This document shows, piece after piece, positions 25,481 to 27,274 of a stretch of 27,274 bases of DNA. Origin of the DNA: a virus (lineage: Duplodnaviria > Caudoviricetes); IMG/VR virus record IMGVR_UViG_3300032281_000328, positions 1 to 27,274 of that record; one strand, written 5' to 3'. The notes beneath the pieces were generated by a model. It saw only the letters and a list, made by a program, of their open reading frames with translations, was not told where the DNA came from and did not search any database. The position numbers and the translations under genes were made by a program. Position 1 is the first letter of the stretch. Every line of letters begins with the position of its first letter.

Positions 25481-26376
25481 TACAACACCCCAAGTTTTGT
25501 AATAGACTTATTATACTTTGAAAGTATCTTGTCTACAATTATATTTCCTGTTCCTTCGAAAAGACCCTTATCAAACTGAATTCTATATTGATCTGTGTTG
25601 TAAGAAGAAATAAATCTCTTGTAATAGTCTAACTTTCCACACTCTAAGTCATGGACTAGCATCTCTGTTGCTCTAACAATGTCTGATGGAACTGATGTGT
25701 ACCCATACTCAACGGTTACTAGGTAGTCCCATGTCTTTCCAAACCCTCTATAGATAAACTGTGGGTCCAGAGAATCTGATGCTGCTGCTGGTAAAACTAG
25801 TGGAGAAGATTCTGCACGATTAATGTTATCAGACGACTTTTCAATAATTGCTGTCTTGTCTGATGATACTTCATATTGTCTATCTTCTACTAACTTGTTG
25901 TTTTCGTATACCGCTAAAATTTTCTTTACGTCATCCCAGATTGGCAGATAGTCTGCTCCAGTTCCCGTAAAATGTAAAACCTTTTTCTTGTAATAAAATC
26001 CTTCGATAACAATAGAATCTATAATTGCTCTTGCAATTTCTTCGTTTGCAGCATATGCTGCGATGTCTGATGCTGTTGATCCCTTTGTTGATGGGTCAAC
26101 ATATGGTCTTACAATTTCATAGGTTTCATCTTGAAGCGTTGCTTCTCCAACTGCCCCAAGATTTTTAATAATCTCAACTCTATATGATGAATCATAATTT
26201 CCTGGCAAAGATATGTTAAGAATATTTCCTGCTACCTTATTTAAAAAGGTTAGTGTTGATACTGAAAGGTCCGCCATATCTGTTATGTTGGCAGTTATAG
26301 TTGATGATGTTATTCCCGCAGGAACTACAAAATTAACAGATATGTCTGCATATGGCGGAACTCTCAATACCTCCAT
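25480..26376 (-). CDS. Head-to-tail adaptor with N-terminal Ig-like extension
   Basis: EEIARAIIDS...VTVEYGYTSVPSDIVRATEMLVHD...IVDKILSKY adaptor pattern. The first ~90 aa form an extra beta-rich domain. Confidence 0.7.
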   Translation of the reverse strand: MEVLRVPPYADISVNFVVPAGITSSTITANITDMADLSVSTLTFLNKVAGNILNISLPGNYDSSYRVEIIKNLGAVGEATLQDETYEIVRPYVDPSTKGSTASDIAAYAANEEIARAIIDSIVIEGFYYKKKVLHFTGTGADYLPIWDDVKKILAVYENNKLVEDRQYEVSSDKTAIIEKSSDNINRAESSPLVLPAAASDSLDPQFIYRGFGKTWDYLVTVEYGYTSVPSDIVRATEMLVHDLECGKLDYYKRFISSYNTDQYRIQFDKGLFEGTGNIIVDKILSKYNKSITKLGVL

Positions 26377-26382
26377 GCTAAA

Positions 26383-26832
26383 TTACCTTACAACCTTTTG
26401 TACTTCTTCGGTTGTTGCTAAGCGAACATGTGAGCGTGTCAACCACTTGTCTGCTTGGTCTTTTGTTACAATATTAACACCTTTATAGACTGCTCCATTT
26501 GCCTCTTCCCAACGCACATTACTTGTTGAATAGATAGCGACCTTGTCTCCAAGATCTTTTGCTGGCTTAATATCTTTCTTTGGACCATCTGCTGCCATTG
26601 ATCCAATAGCACCTGTTTCTGTAAATCCTAGTGATTGAACTGGCTCTTCTGCTGGTGGTGCTTTGACAACTGGTGCCTCGACTGCTACCTCAACTGGTGC
26701 CTCAACTACTGGTGCCTCTACAACTGGCTCTGCTACTGGCTCTGCTGGTGCCTCTACCACTGGGGCTTCGACATTGACTTGCTCTTCTACATTTTCTACT
26801 GAAAACGGCTCGTTATAATTATTATTTTCCAT
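26383..26832 (-). CDS. Hypothetical protein with acidic V/E/A/P repeat N-terminus and small globular C-domain
   Basis: 149 aa with SD AAGGAGG (26844-26838), directly after the capsid gene. Confidence 0.85.
   Translation of the reverse strand: MENNNYNEPFSVENVEEQVNVEAPVVEAPAEPVAEPVVEAPVVEAPVEVAVEAPVVKAPPAEEPVQSLGFTETGAIGSMAADGPKKDIKPAKDLGDKVAIYSTSNVRWEEANGAVYKGVNIVTKDQADKWLTRSHVRLATTEEVQKVVR
26638..26772 (-). repeat. Imperfect in-frame tandem repeats encoding (V)VEAP units
   Basis: aa 21-65 contain five VEAP, one VKAP and AEPV units. On the plus strand CTGGTGCCTC recurs several times. Confidence 0.8.
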
Positions 26833-26850
26833 TGTATCCTCCTTGTTTGT

Positions 26851-26859
26851 ATTATATCA
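26851..26859 (-). promoter_or_regulatory. Extended -10 promoter downstream of the capsid terminator
   Basis: TG-A-TATAAT, 6 nt, then AAGGAGG-N5-ATG. Confidence 0.65.
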
Positions 26860-26861
26860 TT

Positions 26862-26901
26862 AAAGTATTAAGGGGGACAGGAGAGTGAACTCCCGCCCCC
26901 C
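26862..26901 (-). terminator. Intrinsic terminator-like hairpin after major capsid gene
   Basis: Minus-strand GGGGGGCGGGAG-TTCACT-CTCCTGTCCCCC forms a 12-bp stem. Its two G-U pairs form only on the minus transcript. Weak U-tract TTAATACTTT. Confidence 0.75.
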
Positions 26902-26922
26902 ATTAAAGGTACTGATTACAGA

Positions 26923-27274
26923 TTATGAATCTGTGTTGTCAGCGTCAGCGAATGCAATTGCATCCTCTTCTTCCCAGTTGATTCCGAAGCGAACGAATAC
27001 AGTGTATTCAATTGTATCCTTCTTCGCTACGTACTCACGGTTTACAGTGATATCTCTCTGGAATCCCCATACACGGTTTGCAGGGAATGTCAAATCGATA
27101 TAGCCTGCTGGGTAGTAAGGAACTTCCTGAACTTCAATTCCGAGAACACGTGTTGTACGTGCTCCACCGAATGTCTGTCCGATACCATCAAGGTATGACT
27201 GGCGGTTTGCCTGGGTTGATCCTGGCATCTGGCCTGCGAATGCTTCTGCAACTGCATCAGCGAGTGTACCGTTA
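26923..27274 (-). CDS. Major capsid protein, HK97 fold, C-terminal part (starts beyond the right edge)
   Basis: The frame stays open upstream of the track ATG to the window edge (NGTLADAVAEAFAGQMPG...). RVLGIEVQEVPYYP...FPANRVWGFQRDITVNREY...IEYTVFVRFG...EEDAIA is a typical HK97 C-terminus. Followed by a strong hairpin. Confidence 0.88.
   Translation of the reverse strand, partial: NGTLADAVAEAFAGQMPGSTQANRQSYLDGIGQTFGGARTTRVLGIEVQEVPYYPAGYIDLTFPANRVWGFQRDITVNREYVAKKDTIEYTVFVRFGINWEEEDAIAFADADNTDS

Noticed and set aside
1-27274. Stop-codon reassignment, inteins/introns, tRNAs, CRISPR arrays, DGR repeats, IS elements
   Set aside because: Genes tile the minus strand under the standard code, with TAA, TAG and TGA all used as stops. 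DnaB and primase have normal lengths, and intergenic gaps are about 90 nt or less. I saw no repeat-spacer array, reverse transcriptase or transposase by eye.

Overview
A 27.3-kb piece of a tailed dsDNA phage genome with siphovirus-like gene order. It is visibly AT-rich, and every credible gene lies on the minus strand. In transcription order (right to left) it encodes the 3' end of an HK97-fold major capsid protein, a VEAP-repeat protein, four head-tail joining/neck genes, the major tail protein and two tail assembly chaperone genes. These are followed by a 3000-aa tape measure protein (TMP) and six tail tip/fibre genes. With no visible terminator in between come a Zn-ribbon protein, a MerR-like HTH protein, small unknowns, DnaB helicase, DnaG-type primase, an SSB-like protein and the 5' part of a DnaE polymerase that the ORF track missed. 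The DnaE type, the leaderless starts and the gene order suggest an actinobacterial host, possibly low-GC freshwater (inference only). Three observations stand out. (1) The two chaperone genes are paralogues, about 40 identities over 96 aligned aa. They look like a frameshift-free replacement for the lambda G/G-T system: an in-frame G'-T fusion plus a stand-alone G, each with its own promoter, one leaderless and one with a strong SD. (2) The TMP carries an internal 'cargo' segment with a DRGH...N His-Me nuclease-like motif, placed after an internal copy of its own C-terminal motif. (3) There is a consistent set of extended -10 promoters, including two near-identical leaderless ones and one TTGACA promoter with a perfect dyad in its spacer. 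All product calls come from motif recognition and synteny; no database searches were run.
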